From assembly GCF_009914755.1 (NCBI RefSeq), contig NC_060933.1: a stretch of DNA of 64,000 nucleotides; one strand, given 5' to 3'. Below are positions 15,551 to 30,100 of this stretch, one piece after another (position 1 is the first letter of the stretch; every line of letters starts with the position of its first letter). The notes under the pieces were generated by a model, which was not told the DNA's origin, did not search any database, and worked only from the letters and a program-made list of their open reading frames with translations. This stretch comes from the human T2T-CHM13v2.0 reference genome, Homo sapiens. Made by a program: the position numbers and the translations under genes.

Positions 15551-16310
15551 TAACCTGAATAGAATGGAATGGAATGGAACGGAATGGAATGGAATGGAAT
15601 GGAATGGAATGGAATGGAATGGAATGGTATGGAATGGAATGGAATGGTACGGAATAGAATGGAATGGAACGAATTGTAATGGAATGGAATTGAATGGAAT
15701 GGAATGGAATGGAATGGAATCAACGCGAGTGCAGGGGAATGGAATGGAACGGAATGCAATGGAATGGAATCATCCGGAATGGAATGGAATGGAAAGGAAT
15801 GGAATGGAATGGAATCAACCCGAGGGCAATGGAATGGAGTAGAATGGAATGGAATGGAATGGAACAACCCGAATGGAATGGAATGTAATGGACAGTAAGG
15901 GAGTTGAATAGAATCAATCCGAATGTAATGGAATGGAATGCAACGGAATGGAATGGAATGGAATGGAATGGAATGGAATGGAATGCAAAGGAATGGAATC
16001 AACCCGAGTGGAATGGCATGGAATGGAATGCAACGGAATGGAATGGAATGGAATCAACTCGAGTGGAAAGGAATGGAATGGAATGGAAAGCAATGGAATG
16101 AAGTCAACTCGAGTGGAATGGAATGGAATGGAATGGATTGGAATGGATTGCAATGGAATGAAATGGAATGGAATGGAATGGAATCAATCATTCCGAGTGG
16201 AATGGAAGGGAATGTAATAGAGTGGAAAGAAGGGAATGGAATCAACCCGAGTGGAATGCAAGGCAATGGAATGGAATGGAAAGGAATGGAATGGAATCAC
16301 CTCCATTGCA
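14747..16310 (+). repeat. ~0.8-kb tandem duplication (2 copies)
   Basis: TTAACCTGAATAG, GGACAGTAAGG and CAATCATTCCGAG each occur twice. Identical ORF translations 15252..15464 and 16054..16266 are offset by 802. Confidence 0.88.
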
Positions 16311-16327
16311 ATGGAATGGAATGGAAT

Positions 16328-19250
16328 CAACCCGACTGCAGGGGAATGGAATGGAATGGAACGGAATGGAATGGAATCATCCGGAACGGAATGGAATGGA
16401 ATGGAATGGAATCAACTCGATTGCAATGGAATGGAATGGAATGGAATGGAATCGAATGGAATGGAATGGAATTAAACGGAATAGAATGGAATGGAATGGA
16501 ATGGAACGGAACGGAACGGAACGGAATGGAATGGAATGGAATGGAACGGAACGGAATGGAATGGAATGGAATGGAATGGAATGGAATGGAATCAACCCGA
16601 GTGCAGGGGAATGGAATGGAATGGAATGCAATGGAATGGAATCATCCGGAATGGAATGGAATGGAATGGAATGCAATCAACCTGATGCAATGGAATGGAG
16701 TGGAATGGAATGGAATGGAAACATTCCGAATGGAATGGAATGTAATCGAGTGTAAGGGAATTGAATAGAATCAATCCGAATGTAATGGAATGGAATGGAA
16801 TGAAATGGAATGGAATGGAATGGAATGGAATCAACCCGAGTGCAATGGAATGGATTCGAATGGAATGGAATGGAATGGAATGGATTCAACAAGAATGGAA
16901 TGGAAAGAAATGGAATCAACCCGAGTGTAATGGCATGGAATGGAACGGAATGGAATGGGATGGAATGGAATGGTACGGAATAGAATGGAATGGAATGAAA
17001 TGGAATGGAATGGAATGGAATGGAATGGAATGGAATGGAAAGAACCCGTGTGCAATGGAATGGAATGGAATGGAATGGAATGGATTCAACTCGAATGGAA
17101 TCAACTCGATTGCAATGGAATGCAATGGAATTGAAAGGAATAGAATGGAATCAAGCCGAGTGGAATGGAATGGAAAGGACTGGAATGGAGTGGAACGGAA
17201 TGGAATGCAATTAACCGGAATACAATGAAATGGAACGGAATGGAATGGAATGTAATGGAATGGAATGGAATGGAATCAACCCGAGTGCAGGGGAATGGAA
17301 TGGAATGGAATGCAATGGAATGGAATCATCCGGAATGGAATGGAATGGAATGGAATGGAATGGAATGGAATGGAATCAACTAAATTTCAATGGAATGGAA
17401 TGGAATAGAATGGAATGGAATTAACACGAAAGAATGGAATGGAATGGAATGGAATGGAAAAGAAAGGAATGGAATGGAATGGAATGGAATCAACCCAAGT
17501 GCAGGGGAATGCAATGCAATGGAATTCAATGGAATGGAATCATCCGGAATGGAATGTAATGGAATGGAATGGAATGGAATGGAATGGAATGGAATCAACC
17601 CGAGTGCAATGGAATGGAGAGGAATGGAATGGAATGGAATGAAAACTACACGAATGGAATGGAATGTAATGGAGTGTAAGGGAATTGAATAGAATGAATC
17701 CGAATGGAATGGAATGGAATGGAATGGAATGGAATGGAAAGGAATGGAATGGAATGGAATGGAATGGAATGCAATGCCATGGAATCAACCCGAGTGCAAT
17801 CGAATGGAATCGAATGGAATGGAATGCAATGGAATGGATTCATCTTGAATGGAATGGAAAGAATGGAATCAACACGAGTGGAAGGGCATGGATTGGAATG
17901 GAATGGAATGGAATTAACTCGATTGCAATCGAATGGAATGGAATGGAATTAACCCGAATAGAATGGAATGGAATGGAATGGAATGGAACGGAACGCAATG
18001 GAATGGAATGGAATGGAATGGCATGGAATGGAATCAACGCGAGTGCAGGGGAATGGATTGGAATGGAATGCAAGGGAATGGAATCTTCCGGAATGGAATG
18101 GAATGGAATGGAATAGAATGGAATGGAATGGAATGGAATGGAATCAAACCGAGTACAGGGGAATGGAATGGAATGGAATGCAGTGGAATGGAATCATCCG
18201 TAATGGAATGGAAAGGAATGGAATGGAATGCAACGGAATGGAATGGAATGGAATGGAATGGAATGGAATCAACTCGATTGCAATCGAACGGAATGGAATG
18301 GAATTAACCCGAATAGAATGGAATGGAATGGAACGGAACGGAACGGAACGGAATGGAATGGAATGGAATGGAACGGAACGGAACGGAACGGAATGGAATG
18401 GAATGGAATGGAATCAACGCGAGTGCAGGGGAGTGGAATGGAATGGAATGCAATGGAATGGAATCTTCCGGAATGGAATGGAATGGAATGGAATGGAATG
18501 CGATGGATTCAACCCGATTGCAATGGAATGGAATAGAATGGAATGGAATGGAATGGAATGGAATTAACCCGAATAGAATGGAATGGAATGGAATGGAACG
18601 GAACGCAACGGAACGGAACGGAATGGAATGGAATGGAATGGAATGGTATGGAATGGAATGGAATGGTACGGAATAGAATGGAATGGAAAGAATTGGAATG
18701 GAATGGAATCGAATGGAATGGAATGGAATGGAATGGAATGGAATCAACCCGAGTGCAGGGGAATGTAATGGAACGGAATGTAATGGAATGGAATCATCCG
18801 GAATGGAATGGAATGGAATGGAATGGAATGGAATGGAATGGAACCAACCAGATTGTGATGGAATGGAATGCAATGGAATGGAATGGAATGGAATTAACCC
18901 GAATACAATGGAATGGAATGTAATGGAACGGAATGGAGTGGAATGGAATGGAATCAACCCGACTGCAGGGGAATGCAATGGAATGGAATGCAATGGAATG
19001 GAATCATCCGGAATGGAATGGAATGGAATGGAATGCAAAGCAATGGAATCAACTCGATTGCAATGGAATGGAATGGAATGTAAAGGAATACATTGGAATC
19101 AACCCGAGTGGAATGGAATGGAAAGGACTGGAATGGAGTGCAATGGAATGGAATTAACCCGAATAGAATGGAATGGAATGGAATGGAACGGAACGGAACG
19201 GAATGGAATGGAATGGAATGGAATGGAATGGAATGGAATGGAATGGAATC
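16328..19250 (+). repeat. ~2.9-kb duplicate of 10430-13337 (offset ~5.9 kb)
   Basis: Shared private variants CAAGCCGAG (~11264/17152), CAACTAAATTTC (~11499/17377), CAAACCGAGTAC (~12282/18145), GCGATGGATTC and CCAACCAGATTGTGA. Confidence 0.88.
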
Positions 19251-22200
19251 AACCTGACTGCAGGGGAATGGAATGGAATGGAATGGAATGGAATGGAATG
19301 GAATGGAATGGAATCATCCGGAACGGAATGGAATGGAATGGAATGGAATCAACTCGATTGCAATGGAATGGAATGGAATGGAATGGAATGGAATCGAATG
19401 GAATGGAATGGAATTAACCAGAATAGAATGGAATGGAATGGAATGGAACGGAACGGAATGGAATGGAATGGAATGGAATGGAATGGAATGGAATGGAATC
19501 AATTCGAGTGCTGGGGAATGGAATGGAATGGAATGCAATGGAATGGAATCATCCGGAATGGAATGGAATGTAATGGAATGCAATCAACCTGATGCAATGG
19601 AATGGAGTGGAATGGAATGGAATGGAATGGAAACATCCCGAATGGAATGGAATGTAATGGAGTGTAAGGGAATTGAATAGAATCAATCCGAATGTAATGG
19701 AATGGAATGGAATGAAATGGAATGGAATGGAATGGAATGGAATCAACCCGAGTGCAATGGAATGGATTCGAATGGAATGGAATGGAATGGAATGGAATGG
19801 ATTCAACAAGAATGGAATGGAAAGGAATGGAATCAACCCGAGTGTAATGGCATGGAATGGAACGGAATGGAATGGGATGGAATGGAATGGTACGGAATAG
19901 AATGGAATTGAATGAAATGGAATAGAATGGAATGGAATGGAATGGAATGGAATGGAATGGAATGAACCCGTGTGCAATGGAATGGAATGGAATGGAATGG
20001 AATGGATTCAACTCGAATGGAATCCACTCGATTGCAATGGAATGGAATGGAATTAAAAGGAATAGAATGGAATCAACGCGAGTGGAATGGAATGGAAAGG
20101 ACTGGAACGGAGTGGAATGGAATGGAATGGAATTAACCCGAATAGAATGAAATGGAACGGAATGGAATGGAATGGAATGGAATGGAATGGAATGGAATCA
20201 ACCCAAGTGCAGGGGAATGGAATGGAATGGAATGCAATGGAATGAAATCATCCGGAATGGAATGGAATGGAATGGAATGGAATGGAATTGAATGGAATGG
20301 AATCAACTCGATTTCAATGGAATGGAATGGAATAGAATGGAACGGAATTAACATGAATAGAATGGAATGGAATGGAATGGAATGGAACAGAAAGGAATGG
20401 AATGGAATGGAATGGAATCAACCCAAGTGCAGGGGAATGGAATGGAATGGAATTCAATGGAATGGAATCATCCGGAATGGAATGGAATGGAATGGAATGG
20501 AATGGAATCAACCCGAGTGCAATGGAATGGAGAGGAATGGAATGGAATGGAATGGAAACTACACGAATGGAATGGAATGCAATGGAGTGTAAGCGAATTG
20601 AATAGAATGAATCCGAATGGAATGGAATGGAATGGAATGGAAAGGAATGGAATGGAATGGTATGGAATGGAATGGAATGGAATGGAATGCAATGCCATGG
20701 AATCAACCCGAGTGCAATCGAATGGAATCGAATGGAATGGAATGCAATGGAATGGATTCAACTTGAATGGAATGGAATGGAATGCAATGGAATGGAATCA
20801 TCCGGAATGGAATGGAAAGGAATACAATGGAATGGAATGGAATGGAATCAACACGAGTGCAATGGAATGGAGTGAAATGGAATGGAATGGAATGGAGACA
20901 ACCAGAATGGATTGGAATATAATGGAGTGTAAGGGAATTGAATAGAATCAATCTGAATGTAATGAAATGGAATGGAACGGAATGGAATGGAATGGAATGG
21001 AATGCAATGGAATGGAATCAACCCGAGTGCAATCGAATGGAATGGAATGGAATGGAATGCAATGGAATGGAATCAACCCGAGTGCAATCGAATGGAATCG
21101 AATGGAATGGAATGCAATGGAATGGATTCAACTTGAATGGAATGGAAAGAATGGCATCAACACGAGTGGAATGGCATGGATTGGAATGGAATGGAATGGA
21201 ATCAACCCGAGTACAGGGGAATGGAATGGAATGGAATGCAATGGAATGGAATCATCCGTAATGGAATGGAAAGGAATGGAATGGAATGGAATGGAATGGA
21301 ATGGAATGGAATGGAATGGAATGATACGGAATAGAATGGAATGGAACGAAATGGAATGGAATGGAATCAACTCGATTGCAATCGAATGGAATGGAATGGA
21401 ATTAACCCGAATAGAATGGAATGGAATGGAATGGAACGGAACGGAATGGAATGGAATGGAATGGAATGGAACGGAAAGGAAGGGAATGAAATGGAATATA
21501 ATGGAATGGAATGGAATCAACGCGAGTGCAGGGGAATGGAATGGAATGGAATGCAATGGAATGGAATCTTCCGGAATGGAATGGAATGGAATGGAATGGA
21601 ATGGAATGGAATGGAATCAACCCGAGTGCAATGGAATGGAGTGGAATGGAATGGAATGGAATGGAACAACCCGAATGGAATGGAATGTAATGGAGAGTAA
21701 GGGAGTTGAATAGAATCAATCCGAATGTAATGGAATGGAATGGAACGGAATGGAATTGAATGGAATGGAATGGAATGCAATGGAATGGAATCAACCCGAG
21801 TGCAGGGGAATAGAATGGAATGGAATGCAATGGAATGGAATCATCCGGAATGGAATGGAATGGAATGGAATGCAAAGCAATGGAATCAACTCGATTGCAA
21901 TGGAATGGAATGGAATGGAAAGGAATACATTGGAATCAACCCGAGTGGAATGGAATGGAAAGGACTGGAATGGAGTGGAATGGAATGGAATGCAATGGAA
22001 TGGAATGGAATGGAATCAGCTTGATTGGAATGGAATGGAATGGAATGGAATGGAATGGAATGGAATCAACGAGAGTGCAGGGGAATGGAATGGAATGGAA
22101 TGCAATGGAATGGAATCTTCCGGAATGGAATGGAATGGAATGGAATGGAATGGAATGGAATGGAAACAACCCGACTGCAGGGGAATGGAATGGAATGGAA

Positions 22201-24649
22201 TGAAATGGAATGGATTCAACTTGAATGGAATGGAAAGAATGGAATCAACACGAGTGGAATGGCATGGATTGGAATGGAATGGAATGGAATCAACCCGAGT
22301 ACAGGGGAATGGAATGGAATGGAATGCAATGGAATGGAATCATCCGTAATGGAATGGAAAGGAATGGAATGGAATGGAATGGAATGGAATGGAATCAACT
22401 CGATTGCAATCGAATGGAATGGAATGGAATTAACCCGAATAGAATGGAATGGAATGGAATGGAACGGAACGGAACGGAACGGAATGAAATGGAATGGAAT
22501 GGAATGGAATGGAATGGAATGGAATGGAATGGAATCAACGAGAGTGCAGGGCAATGGAATGGAATGGAATGCAATGGAATGGAAACTTCCGGAATTGAAT
22601 GGAATGGAATGGAATGGAATGGAATGGAATGGAATGGAGTAAACCCGAGTGCAATGGAATGGAGTTGAATGGAATGGAATGGAATGGAACAACCCGAATG
22701 GAATGGAATGTAATGGAGAGTAAGGGAGTTGAATAGAATCAATCCGAATGTAATGGAATGGAATGGAACGGAATGGAATTGAATGGAATGGAATGGAATG
22801 CAATGGAATGGAATCAACCAGAGTTCAATGGAATGGAGAGGAATGGAATGGAATGGAATGGAAACTACACGAATGGAATGGAATGTAATCGAGTGTAAGG
22901 GAATTGAATAGAATCAATCCGAATGTAATGGAATGGAATGTAACGGAATGGAATGGAATGGAATGCAATGGAATGGAATCAACCCAAGTGCAATCGAATG
23001 GAATCGAATGGAATGGAATGCAATGGAATGGATTCAACTTGAATGGAATGGAAAGAATGGAATCAACACGAGTGGAAGGGCATGGATTGGAATGCAATGG
23101 AATGGAATCAACCCGAGTACAGGGGAATGGAATGGAATGGAATGCAATGGAATGGAATCATCCGTAATGGAATGGAAAGGAATGGAATGGAATGGAATGG
23201 AATGGAATGGAATGGAATCAACTCGATTGCAATTGAATGGAATGGAATGGAATTAACCCGAATAGAATGGAATGGAATGGAATGGAACGGAACGGAATGG
23301 AATGGAATGGAATGGAATGGAATGGAACGGAAAGGAAGGGAATGGAATGGAATAGAATGGAATGGAATGGAATCAACGCGAGTACAGGGGAATGGAATGG
23401 AATGGAATGCAATGGAATGGAATCATCCGTAATGGAATGGAAAGGAATGGAATGGAATGGAATGGAATGGAATGGAATGGAATCAACTCGATTGCAATCG
23501 AATGGAATGGAATGGAATTAACCCGAATAGAATGGAATGGAATGGAATGGAACGGAACGGAATGGAATGGAATTTAATGGAATGGAATGGAATGGAACGG
23601 AACGGAATGGAATGGAATGGAATGGAATGGAATCAGCGCGAGTGCAGGGGAATGGAATGGAATGGAATGCAATGGAATGGAATCTTCCGGATTGGAATGG
23701 AATGGAATGGAATGGAATGAAATGCAATGGATTCAACTCGATTGCAATGGAATGGAATAGAATGGAATGGAATGGAATGGAATGGAATGGAATTAATCCG
23801 AATAGAATGGAATGGAATGGAATGGAATGGAATGGAATGGTATGGAATGGAATGGAATGGTACGGAATAGAATGGAATGTAACGAATTGTAATGGAATGG
23901 AATGGAATGGAATGGAATGGAATGGAATGGAATCAACGCGAGTGCAGTGGAATGAAATGGAACGGAATGCAATGGAATGGAATCATCCGGAATGGAATGG
24001 AATGGAATGTAATCAACCCGAGTGCAATGGAATGGATTGGAATGGAATGGAATGGAATGGAACAACCCGAATGGAATGGAATGTAATGGAGAGTAAGGGA
24101 GTTGAATAGAATCAATCCGAATGTAATGGAATGGAATGCAACGGAATGGAATGGAATGGAATGTAATGGAATGCAATGGAATTGAATCAACCCGAGTACA
24201 ATGGAATGGAATGGAATGGAATGGAATGGAATGGAATGGAATGGAATGGAATGGAATGATATGGAATAGAATGGAATGGAACGAAATGGAATGGAATGGA
24301 ATGGAATGGAATGGAATGGAATGGAATGGAATGGAATCGTTCCGAGTGGAATAGGAGGGAATGTATTCGAGTGGAATGGAAAGGAATGGAATCAACCAGA
24401 GTGGAATGGAAGGGAATGGAATGGAATGGAAACTAATAGAATGGAATCAACCCGAGTGGAATGGAATGGAAAGGACTGGAAAGGAATGGAATGGAATGGA
24501 ATCAACACGATTGTAATGGAATGGAACGGAATGGAATGGAATGGAATGGAATTAACCCGAATACTTTGGAATGGAATGGAATGGAATGGAACGGAATGGA
24601 GTGGAATGGAATGGAATCAAACCGAGTGCAGGGGAATGGAATGGAATGG

Positions 24650-27600
24650 AATGCAAAGCAATGGAATCAACTCGATTGCAATGGAATGGAATGGAATGGA
24701 AAGGAATACATTGGAATCAACCCGAGTGGAATGGAATGGAAAGGACTGGAATGGAGTGGAATGGAATGGAATGGAATGGAATGGAATCAACACGAATGGA
24801 ATGGAATGGAATGGAATGGAATGGAATGGAATGGAATGGAATTAACCCGAATAGAATGGAATGGAATGGAATGGAACGGAACGGAATGGAATGGAATGGA
24901 ATGGAATGGAATGGAAAGAACCCGACTGCAGGGGAATGGAATGGAATGGAATGCAATGGAATGGATTCAACTTGAATGGAATGGAAAGAATGGAATCAAC
25001 ACGAGTGGAATGGCATGGATTGGAATGGAATGGAATGGAATCAACCCGAGTACAGGGGAATGGAATGGAATGGAATGCAATGGAATGGAATCATCCGTAA
25101 TGGAATGGAAAGGAATGGAATGGAATGGAATGGAATTGAATGGAATGGAATGGAATCAACTCGATTGCAATCGAACGGAATGGAATGGAATTAACCCGAA
25201 TAGAATGGAATGGAATGGAATGGAACGGAACGGAACGGAATGGAATGCATTGGAATGGAATGGAATGGAATGGAATGGAATGGAACGGAAAGGAATGGAA
25301 TGGAATGGTATGGAATGGAATGGAATCAACGCGAGTGCAAGGGAATGGAATGGAATGGAATGGAATGCAACGGAATGGAATCTTCCGGAATGGAATGGAA
25401 TGGAATGGAATGGAATGGAATGGAATAAACCCGAGTGCAATGGAATGGAGTGGAATGGAATGGAATGGAATGGAACAACCCGAATGGAATGGAATGTAAT
25501 GGAGAGTAAGGGAGTTGAATAGAATCAATCCGAATGTAATGGAAAGGAATGGAACAGAATGGAATTGATTGGAATGGAATGGAATGCAATGGAATGGAAT
25601 CAACCCGATTGCAATGGAATGGAGAGGAATGGAATGGAATGGAACGGAATGGAATGGAATGGAATGGAATGGAACGGAATGGAATGGAATGCAATGGAAT
25701 GGAATCAACCCGAGCGCAATCGAAAGGAATCGAATGGAATGGAATGCAATGGAATGGATTCAACTTGAATGGAATGGAATGAATGGAATCAACACGAGTG
25801 GAAGGGCATGGATTGGAATGCAATGGAATGGAATCAACCCGAGTACAGGGGAATGGAATGGAATGGAATGCAATGGAATGGAATCATCCGTAATGGAATG
25901 GAAAGGAACGGAATGGAATGGAAAGGAATGGAATGGAATGGAATGGAATGGAATCAACACGATTGAAATCGAATGGAATGGAATGGAATTAACCCGAATA
26001 GAATGGAATGGAATGGAATGGAACGGAACGGAATGGAATGGAATGGAATGGAACGGAACGGAACGGAACGGAATGGAATGGAATGGAATGGAATGGAATG
26101 GAATCAACGCGAGTGCAGGGGAATGGAATGGAATGGAATGCAATGGAATGGAATATTCCGGAATGGAATGGAATGGAATGGAATGGAATGAAATGCAGTG
26201 GATTCAACTCGATTGCAATGGAATGGAATGGAATGGAATGGAATGGAATTAACCTGAATAGAATGGAATGGAATGGAACGGAATGGAATGGAATGGAATG
26301 GAATGGAATGGAATGGAATGGAATGGAATGGTATGGAATGGAATGGAATGGTACGGAATAGAATGGAATGGAACGAATTGTAATGGAATGGAATTGAATG
26401 GAATGGAATGGAATGGAATGGAATCAACGCGAGTGCAGGGGAATGGAATGGAACGGAATGCAATGGAATGGAATCATCCGGAATGGAATGGAATGGAAAG
26501 GAATGGAATGGAATGGAATCAACACGAGTGCAATGGAATGGAGTAGAATGGAATGGAATGGAATGCAACAACCCGAATGGAATGGAATGTAATGGACAGT
26601 AAGGGAGTTGAATAGAATCAATCCGAATGTAATGGAATGGAATGCAACGGAATGGAATGGAATGGAATGGAATGGAATGGAATGGAATGGAATGCAAAGG
26701 AATGGAATCAACCCGAGTGGAATGGCATGGAATGGAATGCAACGGAATGGAATGGAATGGAATCAACTCGAGTGGAAAGGAATGGAATGGAATGGAAAGC
26801 AATGGAATGAAGTCAACTCGAGTGGAATGGAATGGAATGGAATGGATTGGAATGGATTGCAATGGAATGAAATGGAATGGAATGGAATGGAATCAATCAT
26901 TCCGAGTGGAATGGAAGGGAATGTAATAGAGTGGAAAGAAGGGAATGGAATCAACCCGAGTGGAATGCAAGGCAATGGAATGGAATGGAAAGGAATGGAA
27001 TGGAATCACCTCGATTGCAATGGAATGGAATGGAATGGAATGGAATTAACCGGAATAGAATGGAATGGAATGGAATGGAACGGAATGGAATGGAATGGAA
27101 GGGAATGGAATCAACACGAGTGCAGGGGAATGGAATGGAATGGAATGCAATGGAATGGAATCATCCGGAATGGAATGGAATGGAATGGAATGCAAAGCAA
27201 TGGAATCAACTCAATTGCAATGGAATGGAATGGAATGGAAAGGAATAGAATTGAATCAACCCGAGTGTAATGGAATGGAAAGGACTGGAATGGAGTGGAA
27301 TGGAATGGAATGTAATGGAATGGAATCAACTCGATTGGAATGGAATCTAATGGAATGGAATGGAATGGAATTAACCCGAATGGAATGGAATGGAATGGAA
27401 TGGAACGGAATGGAATGGAATGGAATGGAATGGAATGGAATCAACCCGACTGCAGGGGAATGGAATGGAATGGAATGGAATGGAATGGAATCATCCGGAA
27501 CGGAATGGAATGGAATGGAATGGAATCAACTCGATTGCAATGGAATGGAATGGAATGGAATCGAATCGAATGGAATGGAATGGAATTAACCGGAATAGAA

Positions 27601-30100
27601 TGGAATGGAATGGAATGGTACGGAATGGAATGGAATGGAATGGAATGGAATCAACCCGAGTGCAGGGAATGGAATGGAATGGAATGCAATGGAATGGAAT
27701 CATCCGGAATGCAATGGAATGGAATGGAATGCAATCAACCTGATGCAATGGAATGGAGTGGAATGGAATGGAATGGAATGGAAACATCCCGAATGCAATG
27801 GAATGTAATGGAGTGTAAGGGAATTGAATAGAATCAATCCGAATGTAATGGAATGGAATGGAATGAAATGGAATGGAATGGAATGGAATCAACCCGAGTG
27901 CAATGGAATGGAGAGGAATGGAATGGAATGGAATGGAATCAACGCGAGTGCAGGGGAATGGAATGTAATGGAATGCAATGGAATGGAATCTTCCAGAATG
28001 GAATGGAATGGAATGGAATGCAATGGATTCAACTCGATTACAATGGAATGGAATAGAATGGAATGGAATGGAATGGAATGGAATTAACCCGAATAGAATG
28101 GAATGGAATGGAACGGAATGGAACGGAACGGAATGTAATGGAATGGAATGGAATGGAATGGAATGGAATGGTGTGGAATGGAATGGAATGGTGTGGAATG
28201 GAATGGAATGGAATGGAATCAACGCGAGTGCAGGGGAATGTAATGGAACGGAATGTAATGGAATGGAATCATCCGGAATGGAATGGAATGGAATGGAATG
28301 GAATGGAATGGAATCAACCCGAGTGCAATGGAATGGAGTGGAATGGAATGGAGTGGAATGGAATGGAACAACCCGAATGGAATGGAATGGAATGGAGAGT
28401 AAGGGAGTTGAATAGAATCAATCCGAATGTAATGGAATGGAATGGAACGGAATGGAATGGAATGGAATGGAATGCAATTGAATGGAATCAACCCGAGTAC
28501 AATGGAATGGAATGGAATGGAATGGAATGGAATGGAATGGAATGGAATGGAATGGCTTCAAACCGAATGGAATGGAAAGGAATGGAATCAACACGAGTGG
28601 AATGGAATGGAATGGAATGCAATGCAATCGAATGGAATGGAATGGTATGGAATAGAATGGAATGGAAAGAAATGGAATGGAATGGAATGGAATGGAATGG
28701 AATGGAATGGAATGGAATCGTTCTGAGTGGAATAGGAGGGAATGTATTCGAGTGGATTGGAAAGGAATGGAATCAACCAGAGTGGAATGGAAGGGAATGG
28801 AATGGAATGGAAACTAATAGAATGGAATCAACCCGAGTGGAATGGAATGGAAAGGAATGGAATGGAATGGAATGGAATGGAATGGAATGGAATCAACTCG
28901 ATTGTAATGGAATGGAATGGAATGGAATGGAATGGAATGGAATGGAATGGAATTAACCCAAATGCAATGGAATGGAATGGAATGGAACGGAATGGAGTGG
29001 AATGTAATGGAATCAACCCGAGTGCAGGGGAATGGAATGGAATGGAATGCAATGGAATGGAATCATCCGGAATGGAATGGAATGGAATGGAATGCAAAGC
29101 AATGGAATCAACTCGATTGCAATGGAATGGAATGGACTGGAAAGGAATACATTGGAATCAACCCGAGTGGAATGCAATGGAAAGGACTGGAATGGAGTGG
29201 AATGGAATGGAATGGAATGGAATGGAATCAACTCGATTGGAATGGAATGGAATGGAATGGAATGGAATGGAATTAACCCGAATAGAATGGAATGGAATTA
29301 AATGGAACGGAACGGAATGGAATGGAATGGAATGGAATGGAATGGAATGGAATGGAATTAACCCGAATAGAATGGAATGGAATGGAATGGAACGGAACGG
29401 AATGGAATGGAATGGAATGGAATGGAATGGAATGGAATGGAATCAACCCGACTGCAGGGGAATGGAATGGAATGGAATGCAATGGAATGGATTCAACTTG
29501 AATGGAATGGAAAGAATGGAATCAACACGAGTGGAATGGCATGGATTGGAATGGAATGGAATGGAATGAACCCGAGTACAGGGGATTGGAATGGAATGGA
29601 ATGCAATGGAATGGAATCATCCGTAATGGAATGGAAAGAATGGAATGGAATGGAATGGAATGGAATGGAATGGAATGGAATCAACTCGATTGCAATCGAA
29701 TGCAATGGAATGGAATTAACCCGAATAGAATAGAATGGAATGGAATGGAACGGAACGGAACGGAATGGAATGGAATTGAATGGAATGGAATGGAATGGAA
29801 TGGAACGGAAAGGAATGGAATGGAATGGAATGGAATGGAATGGAATGGAATCAACGCGAGTGCAGGGGAATGGAATGGAATGGAATGCAATGGAATGGAA
29901 TCTTCCGGAATGGAATGGAATGGAATGGAATGGAATGGAATGGAATAAACCCGAGTGCAATGGAATGGAGTGGAATGGAATGGAATGGAATGGAACAGCT
30001 CGAATGGAATGGAATGTAATGGAGAGTAAGGGAGTTGAATAGAATCACTCCGAATGTAATGGAATGGAATGGAACAGAATGGAATTGAATGGAATGGAAT
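24650..30100 (+). repeat. Duplicate of ~1350-7050 (offset ~22.9-23.2 kb, with internal indels)
   Basis: Shared CAACTCAATTGC (3971/27207), GGAATCTAATGG (4106/27342), GGCTTCAAACCG (5680/28554) and ATGAACCCGAGTAC (~6546/29566). ORF twins 3875/27111 and 4020/27256 are offset by 23,236. Confidence 0.82.
27985..27999. promoter_or_regulatory. HSE sequence match, variant copy
   Basis: gGAAt-cTTCc-aGAAt; the substitution falls at a degenerate n position. Confidence 0.45.
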
